A DNA stretch of 64,000 bases from a virus (lineage: Duplodnaviria; Caudoviricetes). A program made the position numbers and the translations under genes. Within the stretch, counting starts at the first letter, position 1. Every line of letters starts with the position of its first letter. Below are positions 51,285-61,660 of this stretch, piece by piece. The DNA is taken from the IMG/VR virus record IMGVR_UViG_2859564202_000001. One strand, given 5' to 3'. Under the pieces are notes generated by a model. It saw nothing but the letters and a program-made list of their open reading frames with translations, had not been told where the DNA came from and did not search any database.

Positions 51285-51683
51285 ATGACCACCTTCGCCC
51301 TTATTGCTAGCCCCAACAATGTTGATCCCACTGCTGAGTCCCCACTCGCCATTGAAATCCATACCGATGAGGACAGCAGCTATCCACTAGGGCTTATTGA
51401 CTCAGACCACCTGGTTCCTGCTGTGATTTACGGCGATATGGTGATCTACACCAAAACACTGCTCGCACAGACCCCACCAGATGATGTGTCCACTGCTAGC
51501 GCCTTCTTCGACAAACTCACCGCACTTGACGCTCAGGGTCGCACCCGTGATCTGGTCTACAGCGCCACCTACAGCCAACTTGTTATTGCCGGCCACAACC
51601 GCACTGTATTAACTGACGACTCAGAGTTCTACGATGAGTTTTACCAGGTTATTGAGGCTGCTCCTGGGGTGATCTTGAAATGA
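51285..51683 (+). CDS. Hypothetical protein, paralog of 18582-19028
   Basis: Direct similarity; AAAGGA RBS. Confidence 0.75.
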   Translation: MTTFALIASPNNVDPTAESPLAIEIHTDEDSSYPLGLIDSDHLVPAVIYGDMVIYTKTLLAQTPPDDVSTASAFFDKLTALDAQGRTRDLVYSATYSQLVIAGHNRTVLTDDSEFYDEFYQVIEAAPGVILK

Positions 51684-51742
51684 TGTTTATCGGGCAACAC
51701 CTCACACTTAGGCTAGGTCTCTAACATGAAGCAGATAGCGCC

Positions 51743-51982
51743 ATGATCAATCTTTTTGCTGCAGCCCTGCCCGCATTCGAGCCTTTGAGTATTACCTCCA
51801 TACTCGTGCTCGGTGCTGTGGCATTGATCTGTGGCCTCCCTGTTTTTCTCGCACTGGAAAAAAGCGCTGAGCTCGATGATCTCTTCGCAGCACTCATCAT
51901 CGCTGTACTTTTAGGTTTTGCTGCTTATACGTTTGTGCTCCCCAAGCTCGTTGAATTGGGCTGTACTATTTGCCAGCTCTGA
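51743..51982 (+). CDS. Small membrane protein ending CxxC, paralog of 20570-20788
   Basis: Direct similarity. Confidence 0.7.
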   Translation: MINLFAAALPAFEPLSITSILVLGAVALICGLPVFLALEKSAELDDLFAALIIAVLLGFAAYTFVLPKLVELGCTICQL

Positions 51983-52311
51983 CTAGCGACACTTAACTTT
52001 CCCCAGCCTGGCTGACTTCAGCTGACTATGCGTACTTCTACATGAGCTTCGTGACCCCCGCCCTTACAGATGGGGGTTGCTGCGTAACAACCGCTCAACA
52101 AAAGAAAACAACGCATAGCTCGCCGCGAATACTACTATCACCTCGAAATTCTGGGGGGGGTTCCACCCATGTAAAGACCCACGGCAGTTCCGTCACAGTG
52201 ACGGACAATCCCACCCTAACCCCACACCTTGTCGCACTCTGATGTGCCTTCGGTGCGGGTTTTTTCATAAGTACTGCTGTATGCACAGACTAAAAGACAC
52301 AAGCAAAAGAC

Positions 52312-52550
52312 CAATGACAGCGAAGCTGCATTCGGAAAAACAGGCGAAGCCCTAAAAGCTCCAAAAGATGGAAAAAACTCAACGACAGCATAGCTGCGTT
52401 CGGGGACAACCATGAGAGACGACAAAAAAACTCTCAACAATAAGAGCTCGGTCAAATACCTAGTTCTACAGGATCTAAAGAGTCAGAAGACTTCTAAAAG
52501 ATCTAAAAGACTTTAAAAACCAACGACAGCATAGCTGCGTTCGGAAAAAC
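52312..52550 (+). repeat. Three hairpin-forming 24-30 bp direct repeats upstream of ssb
   Basis: caacgacagcatagctgcgttcgg at 52380 and 52521; variant caatgacagcgaagctgcattcgg at 52312. Confidence 0.85.
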
Positions 52551-52646
52551 TCTTGAAAGGCTACACAGCCAACAGCTTAAAAATAAGCACTGTGGGTCTT
52601 AAACACTCAATCCTTCATTCATCCATACCATTAAGGGGTATTTACC

Positions 52647-53273
52647 ATGTCTGCTAATCCTTCCAATAACTTCAACGTCATCGGCCGTCTTGCTGCTGAT
52701 CCAAAGATCTTCACCAACCCAGATGGCTCCCGCAACATCCAGATCGCCGTATACTCCACCAACAACTTTGCTAACCGCAATGGTGTCTATGAGGACTCCA
52801 TCGTTCCGCTCACCCAGTTCTACTCCGCATCCAAGGAAGGTAACGGAATCTACTCCTACCTCAAGGAAGGTGACCAGGTTGCGGTCAACGGCTACATCCA
52901 CCAGGATCAGTTCACTGACAAGTCCACTGGCGCTAAACGCTACGAGTTGAACCTATCTATCGACTCCATCCAGCCGCTTGAAACCAAGTCTGCTGCTGAC
53001 GCTCGCCGTGCTCGCAAGCAGGTCGTTGAGGCAAACAAGGCGCAGGCTGCTGCACAGCAGGCACCTGCACCAGTTCAGCAGTTCGCTGCTCAGGACGCAC
53101 CTCAGTACGCAGGTAACCCTTTCGCTGGTCTCTCTCAGACCCAGGCACCAGTTGCAGCCCAGGTTGCACCACAGCCACAGTACGTAAACGATCCTTACGC
53201 ACAGCCACAGGCAGGTTTTGTTCCACCTGCACCAGTTGCTCCACAGGTTGATATTGACCCACGCTTCATCTAA
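52647..53273 (+). CDS. ssb: Single-stranded DNA-binding protein
   Basis: N...VIGRLAADP, YLKEGDQVAVNG.I....FTDK.TG.KRY OB-fold; Gln/Pro/Ala linker. Confidence 0.9.
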   Translation: MSANPSNNFNVIGRLAADPKIFTNPDGSRNIQIAVYSTNNFANRNGVYEDSIVPLTQFYSASKEGNGIYSYLKEGDQVAVNGYIHQDQFTDKSTGAKRYELNLSIDSIQPLETKSAADARRARKQVVEANKAQAAAQQAPAPVQQFAAQDAPQYAGNPFAGLSQTQAPVAAQVAPQPQYVNDPYAQPQAGFVPPAPVAPQVDIDPRFI

Positions 53274-53291
53274 GAAGCACCACTACTAAAG

Positions 53292-53337
53292 AAACCCCCA
53301 CCACCCAGTATCTGCTGGTGGATGGGGGTTTCTTTTT
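53292..53337 (+). terminator. Intrinsic terminator after ssb
   Basis: aaaccccca...tgggggtttcttttt. Confidence 0.8.
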
Positions 53338-53391
53338 CTCGCCTAACTCTATTCCTCTTTTTACCCACTGTTAATCCAGAAGGATTCCCAC

Positions 53392-53973
53392 ATGTCTACA
53401 ACCACTATCAACATCATCATCACCAATGGCGCTGCACCACACCCAACTAATCTCAATCGCGCAGAAATTCATGATCACCTACCCCTCACTGCCTCTGATT
53501 CGGAGCTAACCCGCCCCTCCCAGGAATCAGTTCTCTATGACCATGAATCCGAAACTGTCTTGCGCACCATGGTCATCCCTGCAGACCTGCACGTCGCTAT
53601 GAAGCATCTAGCTAAAAAACACAACCTCACGGTCACAGAGATCTCGCGCATCCTTCTGCAGCGCTACATCGACCGCAATATTAACCATGTAGAGCAAAAC
53701 CAGGCTGAATCCGACATGGTGGAAGTCTTTGCCAGCCAACCAACCAATGCAACCGCAATGATCCCTGTACCTGGAACCAGCTTCAGGCAAATATTTATCA
53801 AGCACAGCACTGGTTTCTGGAAAAACATTGATCATGATCTTGTCGATCTCGACGCCTCTAAGACCCCGCGTGTACGCGACCGCAGTGTCTTACCACAACC
53901 TCAACTCCACAGAGCGTTGTTATCAGATGCTGATATGGCTCGCCTTGCAGCACAACTGACCGACAAACACTAA
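53392..53973 (+). CDS. Possible RHH DNA-binding protein
   Basis: RTMVIPADLHVAMKHLAKKHNLTVTEISRILLQRYI. Confidence 0.65.
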   Translation: MSTTTINIIITNGAAPHPTNLNRAEIHDHLPLTASDSELTRPSQESVLYDHESETVLRTMVIPADLHVAMKHLAKKHNLTVTEISRILLQRYIDRNINHVEQNQAESDMVEVFASQPTNATAMIPVPGTSFRQIFIKHSTGFWKNIDHDLVDLDASKTPRVRDRSVLPQPQLHRALLSDADMARLAAQLTDKH

Positions 53974-53997
53974 AACCTCCACAACAAGGACATCATC

Positions 53998-54462
53998 ATG
54001 ACTACTCGCACCGTATCTACTTCTGCACCCCATGTCACTGTCAACATCAATACCGCGCACAACAAAACACGCACTGTTACCAATGGCGCCAGAAAAACTA
54101 ATGCAGAGCGTGGCAAGAGCTGCATCTCATTTCGTGTAGGGCCAGAATTGTTTGATGAATTCAAAGCGACCTGCATCGACAACGATATTTCCATGACCAA
54201 GGCGTTTGAGAAAGAGCTTCGCACCTGGGTTGATGAGCACAACGCTGGTGCAACAAAGAAAAGAAACACCCATCGCACCTACGTACAAGCACCCGTTGGT
54301 ACTGTCGCCACCAGCTCTATTCCAGGTCTTGGGTTATTTACTGTGTTCAAGAAGAGCTCTGATCAGATGTGGTACGACCTGGAAAGCAGCCCGCTGATCG
54401 CACAAGAGCCCATGTCGAATATGGACATGCATCGTAACGGCTCTTTTGAGCTGCACCTGTAG
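53998..54462 (+). CDS. Possible RHH (ParG/omega-like) DNA-binding protein
   Basis: ISFRVGPELFDEFKATCIDNDISMTKAFEKELRTWV. Confidence 0.7.
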   Translation: MTTRTVSTSAPHVTVNINTAHNKTRTVTNGARKTNAERGKSCISFRVGPELFDEFKATCIDNDISMTKAFEKELRTWVDEHNAGATKKRNTHRTYVQAPVGTVATSSIPGLGLFTVFKKSSDQMWYDLESSPLIAQEPMSNMDMHRNGSFELHL

Positions 54463-54518
54463 ATCTCTCTCTCGACCACACACAGCTCTCACCACCTCCT
54501 AGAAAGGACGGTTTCACC

Positions 54519-55028
54519 ATGTCTAAAAAACGCGACCACCTCACCGTCATTCCTGACCTTGAGTCACGCACCCATCACAGCCGCAGTACACAACCGCCAA
54601 CTACGCTGCCCGCACCACAGCTGACTATTATCACCGCACCAGACAAGCATCAACCACAGCTTCGGGTTGTTAAAAACACCACCACCCCATCTTCTGTGCA
54701 GCCCTCGCCGATCAACTACAGCTTTACTGATCCTGTACTTCGCGAGGCTCACTATGCATTCCAGCACAGCGAACTTGCCAGGCCAACAGTCCTGGACTCA
54801 CACTGGGTTCGTCGCGCACAAGAAGAATTCGACACTGAGCATAATGCTGCCTATGTCCGTGCCGCTGACCAGCTCTTATCCCCTTTTGATGCCTACATGC
54901 TCGACAACGGCGATGTTTACACCAAGACCCCACGTGCCATCAGTGCTGCTGAACAAGAAGAAATACTTGAGCACTTGCACGAACACCATATCTGCTGGGA
55001 CGAAGAAGCTGAATTCCTGCTGCGCTAA
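54519..55028 (+). CDS. Hypothetical protein
   Basis: AGAAAGGA RBS. Confidence 0.65.
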   Translation: MSKKRDHLTVIPDLESRTHHSRSTQPPTTLPAPQLTIITAPDKHQPQLRVVKNTTTPSSVQPSPINYSFTDPVLREAHYAFQHSELARPTVLDSHWVRRAQEEFDTEHNAAYVRAADQLLSPFDAYMLDNGDVYTKTPRAISAAEQEEILEHLHEHHICWDEEAEFLLR

Positions 55029-55247
55029 AGGTTGCCACTGGTTTCAGGTGTGTGGGTAGGCACAGCCCGCCTGGGCGGGACTTGAGCGGTGCACAACACA
55101 GCAAAGCTGTGTTCGGCTGAATGCTCGAACACAGCTTGTTTGTGTATCCCAACTACTATGCACAGCCCGTAACCATCGAGCCGGCTAAAATCTATCAACA
55201 GAAAAACCACTGCCTATTTGACCATTCTTGTGCAAGAAAGTACACCT

Positions 55248-55808
55248 ATGCCCCACGACGTTTACGATGTCGAACACATCATTTCCAAGCAACCTTTCTG
55301 CTCCATCTTTTTCCAGCTCCCCGCTGCAGCGCTGAAACCTACTATTCAAAAAGCTGCCACCAACCGCGACCTTACTAAGCTCAACACCGAACAGATCGCT
55401 GAGAACCTACAGCGCTACCTCGACACCTACAGTGTCATGTCTCACCAGCGTGTCACCATTGAAGAGGTCACTCATGTGCGCAACCCTCATGAGCCTGATT
55501 ATGAGTTTTCACCACAGTACGGTGCACATATCTCGCTCATCGGTGAGTCTTATGCTGTGAACACGGCCACCAACGAGCCTTATGCCACCGACTCCGAGGG
55601 CCATCCTCTCGCACTGTATTTTGAAATGAGTCTCGCGCCCGAGCTACATGGCGTCATCCATAAGTTCTTCCCTGGCTTTAATCTCGGTGGCGAGTATCTG
55701 CCGGCTGATTCTCGCGACATCTACACCGAGCTCAATGACCTGCTTGATTCTGATGATCTCGTCGGCACAGACATCACGATCCAGATTGATCGTGCCAACA
55801 AAGACTAA
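55248..55808 (+). CDS. Acidic hypothetical protein
   Basis: AGAAAG RBS before MPHDV. Confidence 0.65.
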   Translation: MPHDVYDVEHIISKQPFCSIFFQLPAAALKPTIQKAATNRDLTKLNTEQIAENLQRYLDTYSVMSHQRVTIEEVTHVRNPHEPDYEFSPQYGAHISLIGESYAVNTATNEPYATDSEGHPLALYFEMSLAPELHGVIHKFFPGFNLGGEYLPADSRDIYTELNDLLDSDDLVGTDITIQIDRANKD

Positions 55809-55927
55809 GCCACTCTAGCTAAACCAACTTACCCCACCCCAACACCCCATGAGGCATCTGCTTCATGGGGTGTTTTGCTATGCCGCAACACTTTTCTCAA
55901 GAAAACTACAGAAAGGCCCCCGTCATT

Positions 55928-56200
55928 ATGTCTGCACCGCTCACCATTCATGATCTGCTGTCCACCAATTCGAAGCTTAACCTCAAGTGGCTGACCTGCA
56001 CTGTCTTGAACAGCCCAAATCTCACCGAACCCTGCATCACGGTTTCTGTGAACCACACCGAAGGCATGTCCCTGGTCTCTTTCGAAGGTGGTCACGGGCT
56101 CACCGAGATTGCCAACACCCAGCTAGTGCCTGTGCTTGAGCTACCAAAGTTCAATCCTTTTGAGGCACTTGCTATCCACCTTGAAGCCGCCAACAACTAA
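55928..56200 (+). CDS. Hypothetical protein
   Basis: AGAAAGG RBS before MSAPL. Confidence 0.6.
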   Translation: MSAPLTIHDLLSTNSKLNLKWLTCTVLNSPNLTEPCITVSVNHTEGMSLVSFEGGHGLTEIANTQLVPVLELPKFNPFEALAIHLEAANN

Positions 56201-56213
56201 GAAAGCATCCTTC

Positions 56214-56696
56214 ATGACTGACAACGCTGACAACACCACAGATAACGTAACCAATAACTCAGACACCAATCTCGATTACAGCTTCGACCCGCTCCCTGAC
56301 GAGCCCTATGCCTACGGCTTTGAACTGGTCGCTGCTGATGCACACTCTGACTCAACAACAACCAGCACCGATACCCCAGAGACTGTCGCTGTGGCACTTA
56401 AAACCCGCGAGGACACTATCAACTGGGTCAACACCCAGCGTGCCGAAGGTAAACCCGATGAAATTCGTATCAATAACCCAATTCGATCAGAGCGTATTGC
56501 TGAGTTTGTCCACGAAATGATCATGCATCACGGCCTCGTAGCCTGCATGGAAGATCTCGCAATACTTATCAAGCGCGACAAGCTCACCCAGCTGGAAGCC
56601 GAAAACGCTATCACAGCCTGGCACAACCTCACCAAAGAATCCCTTGGTCAGATCATGGGGCTCTTCTATCAGTACGTCGAAAACAACACAAAATAG
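56214..56696 (+). CDS. Acidic hypothetical protein
   Basis: AGAAAG RBS before MTDN. Confidence 0.65.
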   Translation: MTDNADNTTDNVTNNSDTNLDYSFDPLPDEPYAYGFELVAADAHSDSTTTSTDTPETVAVALKTREDTINWVNTQRAEGKPDEIRINNPIRSERIAEFVHEMIMHHGLVACMEDLAILIKRDKLTQLEAENAITAWHNLTKESLGQIMGLFYQYVENNTK

Positions 56697-56714
56697 GAAA
56701 GAAGAAACACCATC

Positions 56715-57287
56715 ATGTCTGACAACACTCAGGACAACCCTTTCTCCATCCGCTACGCACACCCTGACCACCAGCTCGCTCTTAATGAGCTTGTTGATAC
56801 TGCCGATCTACCTGCACCAACAAGCTATATGAAAAATCCCTGGTCCGGGGACAACACGCCTATCGCCGAGTGGCGACGCGAGCGCATCACCCAGTGGCAG
56901 CGCACCGAGATCATTGTCAATCAACGCGATGATGACGATCTCATTCACGTCAGCTTCCCGAAGCTCGGCCAGCACATTCAGCTCAACACCGACGATATTC
57001 TCGCATTGGTCGCAGCCTGCGTCACACCCACTGCTAACGACATTGAGGCAACTATCGAAGAAAATCTCCACTCATATCCGCACGATACGGTCATCATGTT
57101 TAACGCAGATGATCTAGATGATGCCCTTGGTCTCGTTGTTGCCGTCAAAGACGCGAGCGGGGAACACTCACCGCGCGCTGTCTGGCGCACCAACACCGAT
57201 CATGGAGCTCTTGACGAGACTGAACTCGCGCGGCTCATTCTCAAATTCGGTGGCAGCTTCGATGACTACGGCGTGCTGCAACATTAA
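56715..57287 (+). CDS. Acidic hypothetical protein
   Basis: RBS; followed by terminator 57336-57378. Confidence 0.7.
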   Translation: MSDNTQDNPFSIRYAHPDHQLALNELVDTADLPAPTSYMKNPWSGDNTPIAEWRRERITQWQRTEIIVNQRDDDDLIHVSFPKLGQHIQLNTDDILALVAACVTPTANDIEATIEENLHSYPHDTVIMFNADDLDDALGLVVAVKDASGEHSPRAVWRTNTDHGALDETELARLILKFGGSFDDYGVLQH

Positions 57288-57449
57288 ACCGACTCACTAA
57301 GCACCGCTTTCTCTATCCCCTCTCTCTTCGTACTCAACCCCAGTTCATACAGATTTTCTCTGTGTGAGCTGGGGTTTTCTGCATTTCCCACTTGTTTTTC
57401 TCCAACACTCCACACACACACCTTCAAAGAAGAAAGTTCGAAAGATTCT

Positions 57450-58364
57450 ATGAAAAACCGTAAAAAAATCATGTCTACCCTCACCACTGTCTGCGCCGTA
57501 CTGGGTATAGTTGCAGCTCATCCATTCCACGCCTCTGCTGTCATCGGCGGCTCTGTCCCATCAACTGATTCCGTTGCCAACGCTGTCGCAAAAATCGGAC
57601 CAGGCGCATTGAACTGCAGCGGTGTCATGATCTCACCATCGTGGGCACTCACCGCACGCCACTGTGTCGATGACATCAACATACTCGGCGACATCGACAC
57701 CATCACGCCTATTACTCCAGGTATTCATCGCAATGAAGGTAACTATATGGGTGAGGTTTACCGCGCACCGTCCGGTGATCTAGCGCTCATTAATATCAAC
57801 GGCGTGCACAAGGGCACCATTGCGCAGCTCCCCACACAAGAATATCCACTGGGAACCGCTGCACAGTCAGTCGGTTTTGGTGGCGGTGGTGTCAATATCC
57901 GCACCGCTGAATCGGTCAACATGATTCTCACCGACATATATAGCGTGAGGTCAGGGAAATTCCATCACGGTGTCGGTCGATCACACTATCTCCTCTTTGA
58001 TTATGACAGTGCTGAAACTGGTCGAATCCACAAAGGTGATTCTGGGGGCCCCATCTTCATTGGTGACGAGGTTGTGGGCATTATGTCTCACGGCACAATA
58101 AATAAGAACGACGGGTCTTTTGATGACGAATCCGGCGCTGATGTATTTGCCTCTCTTGAGTGGATTCTCGACACCACCGGCATCACAGTGACAGACACTG
58201 CCGAGGACAACAACGATAACTCTGACAACGACGATGTTGACTCAAAAGAAGGTCCTGCATCAAATACATCACTTGTACTCACTGATAACGGACCGTCACG
58301 CATTGGTAGCAACACTTCTTCAGCACTCATCGGATTATCCTCAGAAGCACTATTTTCTTCTTAA
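57450..58364 (+). CDS. Secreted trypsin-like (S1) serine protease
   Basis: Signal peptide, VIGG, CSG..I...W.LTARHC, DLAL, GDSGGP; ends ALFSS. Confidence 0.92.
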   Translation: MKNRKKIMSTLTTVCAVLGIVAAHPFHASAVIGGSVPSTDSVANAVAKIGPGALNCSGVMISPSWALTARHCVDDINILGDIDTITPITPGIHRNEGNYMGEVYRAPSGDLALININGVHKGTIAQLPTQEYPLGTAAQSVGFGGGGVNIRTAESVNMILTDIYSVRSGKFHHGVGRSHYLLFDYDSAETGRIHKGDSGGPIFIGDEVVGIMSHGTINKNDGSFDDESGADVFASLEWILDTTGITVTDTAEDNNDNSDNDDVDSKEGPASNTSLVLTDNGPSRIGSNTSSALIGLSSEALFSS

Positions 58365-58440
58365 CTCGCACCTCATCTGGTGTGGGTTTTTTTGCATTTT
58401 TTACACACCCCACTCCACACACACTCGCAAAGGATTCATC

Positions 58441-59136
58441 ATGAGCAACAATGCTCTTTTAGTAGCAAACGAAGCCGACATCGGTCTCTACCTCCACTGG
58501 AATGGTGGTCGCGACTCGATTGAGGCGTTTCTCGCCTACGCCGCATACGCGCAGTTACCACCCATCAACGAAAATAACGATTGGTTGCCACCGTTTATTA
58601 CTGTGCTGAAGAACTTCTTCGGCAATGATGGTTCTGGCGTCTACCTCGAACCTGTCAATCAGGATTATCTCGACGGCATCGACTATGACAACGGTGTTTA
58701 CATGCTTGACGATTATGAGATCACTGAGCGTATTAATCCACCCGCTGTTGAGCAAGACTCCCACGATCTCCACGACATGTTGATCAAAATTGATAAAGCT
58801 CAACCACCTGTCGATCAACTCGGGAGTTTTCTCCATGGCCTAGAGACCTCTGTCGCAGATTTGGGGGTTGGTGATCGCGTATTTTTGCCACGTTTTAGCA
58901 CCTTTGATAAGAAACTCGGTCGCTACCGCATCCACACTGTTCTCGGATTCGCTGAGAACGATCCGTTTAACCCTATGACCAGCAGCGAGCGATTTAAAGG
59001 TAAGCCCTATGTCGATATGTTCGACAATCAAGACAACGCCTTTAACCCAAATTCCTATATCACTACAGATACCGTGCGCATCGTTGTCGATCCTGTACCG
59101 GAAACTAATCCCGACGATGAGAAAGCAGGACGCTAG
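58441..59136 (+). CDS. Phage/plasmid-type hypothetical protein
   Basis: AAAGGA RBS; GLYLHWNGGRDS.EAFL...DNG.Y pattern that I recall from MGE proteins. Confidence 0.7.
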   Translation: MSNNALLVANEADIGLYLHWNGGRDSIEAFLAYAAYAQLPPINENNDWLPPFITVLKNFFGNDGSGVYLEPVNQDYLDGIDYDNGVYMLDDYEITERINPPAVEQDSHDLHDMLIKIDKAQPPVDQLGSFLHGLETSVADLGVGDRVFLPRFSTFDKKLGRYRIHTVLGFAENDPFNPMTSSERFKGKPYVDMFDNQDNAFNPNSYITTDTVRIVVDPVPETNPDDEKAGR

Positions 59137-59138
59137 CC

Positions 59139-59507
59139 ATGTCTCGCAGCTACCCCATCTACATCATTTCTTTTGCCCCAGCGGATGATCTCCACGGCGT
59201 TGGAGGATTCGAGTGGGTTCCAGCATCAACACCAGAAAACAAAGCTGCCGCCTTCACGACCTTTGATCGTCAATTCGATGATTCTCGTAACAATGGTGGC
59301 TCGCATATTGTGCGTCTACTCAATATCTCTGATCCCAATATCACAGCGGATATGACCCAAGACGATATTACCGCGTACCTCGACTCAAACATCGACCGCT
59401 GGGAATCCACGGAACATGCGCTCAAGCAGTTTGTCCCACTTAACGCGGGTGCTGATCGCGTACCTACCGGTGGTGCCGACGAGCACATTACCCACGCCTG
59501 CCGCTAA
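59139..59507 (+). CDS. Hypothetical protein
   Basis: Starts 2 nt after the upstream stop; AGGA RBS. Confidence 0.7.
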   Translation: MSRSYPIYIISFAPADDLHGVGGFEWVPASTPENKAAAFTTFDRQFDDSRNNGGSHIVRLLNISDPNITADMTQDDITAYLDSNIDRWESTEHALKQFVPLNAGADRVPTGGADEHITHACR

Positions 59508-59651
59508 TAACTGTGCAGCGTAGCTGCACACGGATTCACCTGCGCTGTGGATGCATCCCAACACCACAACACCGCCCCTAGTGCCATAAATGCTAGGGGT
59601 GTTTTTTTCATACCCACAACACCGTTCTTCTCTAGAAAGAGACTCGATACT

Positions 59652-60296
59652 ATGCCTCATAACCCCATCGAACTTCACACTAATGATGTACTCGATGCTC
59701 TCGACATTGACGCCATCTGCGACGATGTGTTTCTCTACACCGACTTCGAGCACACCCCAGGTCAGCTTGATCGCTTCGAGCAACTCGCCTTCACAAAAAT
59801 CTACGACATGCTGGAAACAGCTGCTGAAAAATTCCCAGATGTAGCAATTAATGACACTTTAAGCACTGGCAACCACGCTGCTGAACAGTACTTTCTTGCC
59901 AATCCCGGCAACATCATCGTGCTGACCAGCTTCGCGCTCAATCAGACCGATCTCCGCGACCTCATAATCTCACCGTGCATTAAGTACACAGCACATGCAC
60001 GAGCACTCATGCGTGCGGTGACACGAACATTGTGCACTGCAAACAACCCTGTAGAACGCGCGACTATCTTCCCTGTGTCTGTCGCTAATGCCTTAAGCAT
60101 CGAAGCGCTGTGTTCCGAATATCATGCGTTCCGCACCAAGCAGGTGCTCAACACTGCTGCACTCATCAATCCTGATAACACTCTTATACCCATGTTGTTG
60201 AGCAAAGCGTATGAGGCATACGCCTGGCACAAGGGTGTCGAATCCGCGCAACGAGGTAGCAACCTAGCTCGTGAGTACTACGCAGGACTTATCTGA
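59652..60296 (+). CDS. Hypothetical protein
   Basis: AGAAAGAG RBS before MPHNP. Confidence 0.65.
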   Translation: MPHNPIELHTNDVLDALDIDAICDDVFLYTDFEHTPGQLDRFEQLAFTKIYDMLETAAEKFPDVAINDTLSTGNHAAEQYFLANPGNIIVLTSFALNQTDLRDLIISPCIKYTAHARALMRAVTRTLCTANNPVERATIFPVSVANALSIEALCSEYHAFRTKQVLNTAALINPDNTLIPMLLSKAYEAYAWHKGVESAQRGSNLAREYYAGLI

Positions 60297-60365
60297 AAAT
60301 TCACTACTCAACTCTGGCCCCAACTAACCCGTTCACACACCTAGCCCAGAAAGGCTCGAACACCC

Positions 60366-60511
60366 ATGATCGTTGAGGTAGCTCCGAGACCGAAGAGATC
60401 AGCCTCATTGATGATGATTCCCCTGATCTCGATGAGGACGATAACACCGTGCTCATCGCCGAAGACATCCGTGATATGGATGACTATGGCGAAGATCATC
60501 CTGATCTTTAA
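60366..60511 (+). pseudogene. Frame-disrupted remnant of a small acidic gene
   Basis: AGAAAGG RBS and ATG at 60366, but the protein-like text (GSSETEEISLIDDDSPDLDEDD...HPDL*) is in another frame. Confidence 0.45.
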
Positions 60512-60661
60512 AGCTCACTGTTAAGCCCGCAGCGAGCTTATCGCTACACCCACCTTTTTAACCGCCTGTGCAACTAACCCTGTTGTGCAGGCGGTTTTCT
60601 CTATCTACACCAACAACTCCACAACACTATCCGGTCCAAATCTAGAAAAGAGACAACCCCC

Positions 60662-61027
60662 ATGACCTCCCCCACCACGTTAAAGCCCTGGTCTATTCGC
60701 GGACCCATCGACGGTGAATACACCATGCTTGAGGCATATCCGTTTCAGTATGTAGCAAATACTCGCCCGGCCATCATGCTCTACGCACTCGATGAAAACG
60801 GTGTACCGGAACAATATGCCGACCTCACCATCAACCTTGCCGATGTGGAGCTCAAGCAACTTAACCACGTCATCATTAACCCAGATCTGCACGCTGATGT
60901 TACCGAACTGTGCATTAGCGCCGGCCTGCTGCGACCTGGTGTTCTGGGCCAGCACCAAGTCGGTAGCACCACCGCCAAGGTCTACCGACTCACTGAGCGT
61001 GCTGATGGCTGGCTACAGCTGTTTTAG
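60662..61027 (+). CDS. DUF4313-like protein
   Basis: Y.....AI.L......E.YADLTINL...GL......VG.....Y.L pattern. Confidence 0.6.
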   Translation: MTSPTTLKPWSIRGPIDGEYTMLEAYPFQYVANTRPAIMLYALDENGVPEQYADLTINLADVELKQLNHVIINPDLHADVTELCISAGLLRPGVLGQHQVGSTTAKVYRLTERADGWLQLF

Positions 61028-61086
61028 CAGCTACCTGCGCCTAATCCCCCCACCCATACTCACTCCAAAACAAGAAAGTAGTCATC

Positions 61087-61362
61087 ATGCCTCAGTACAC
61101 CATCACAATCACCGACGAGCAGAAAGCTGTTCTACACAGCCTCACCAACCCCCATATCGCCACTGCTGAACACGGCGCTATCACCGCAATCGAGATTCAT
61201 GACGACCACGATGTTGTTGTCTATCACGTTCAACCAGACGGCACACTAACTTACGAGCGCCTTGTTGAAGGCTTCCATTACGGCTGGACACGTTTTGACA
61301 GCGAAGGTTTTGAGATCGACTCCGACAATAACCGCGTTGTAGACGGACTCCGCGACGAATAG
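61087..61362 (+). CDS. Small acidic hypothetical protein
   Basis: AGAAAG RBS. Confidence 0.65.
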   Translation: MPQYTITITDEQKAVLHSLTNPHIATAEHGAITAIEIHDDHDVVVYHVQPDGTLTYERLVEGFHYGWTRFDSEGFEIDSDNNRVVDGLRDE

Positions 61363-61393
61363 TTAACAACAACGACCGCACAGAAAGGTAGTC

Positions 61394-61660
61394 ATGTCTA
61401 CAACCAAGACACCTAGATCCACTATCACCGCCCCCATCGACCAGCTCAGCCCCATAATGCGGTGGGTGTTTCAAGCAACAAACTTTCTCGGTTCGCTCAT
61501 CAAGCCACTACTTATTGTCACAGCACTAGTGCTGGTAGTAGCAGCACTTACCCCTGAGCGCTTCCATGAAACGCTGGTACTAAATATCCTCGCCTTCTCT
61601 GCAGGCTACGCAGTGCTGCGCCTAGTTCGCAGCCTGCGCCGACTTTTGCAGCGCCACTAA
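61394..61660 (+). CDS. Small two-TM membrane protein
   Basis: AGAAAGG RBS; two hydrophobic helices. Confidence 0.65.
   Translation: MSTTKTPRSTITAPIDQLSPIMRWVFQATNFLGSLIKPLLIVTALVLVVAALTPERFHETLVLNILAFSAGYAVLRLVRSLRRLLQRH

Noticed and set aside
52312-52550. Possible mini-CRISPR array
   Set aside because: Only three repeats with very unequal spacers (44 and 117 nt) and no cas genes; kept as a structured leader instead.
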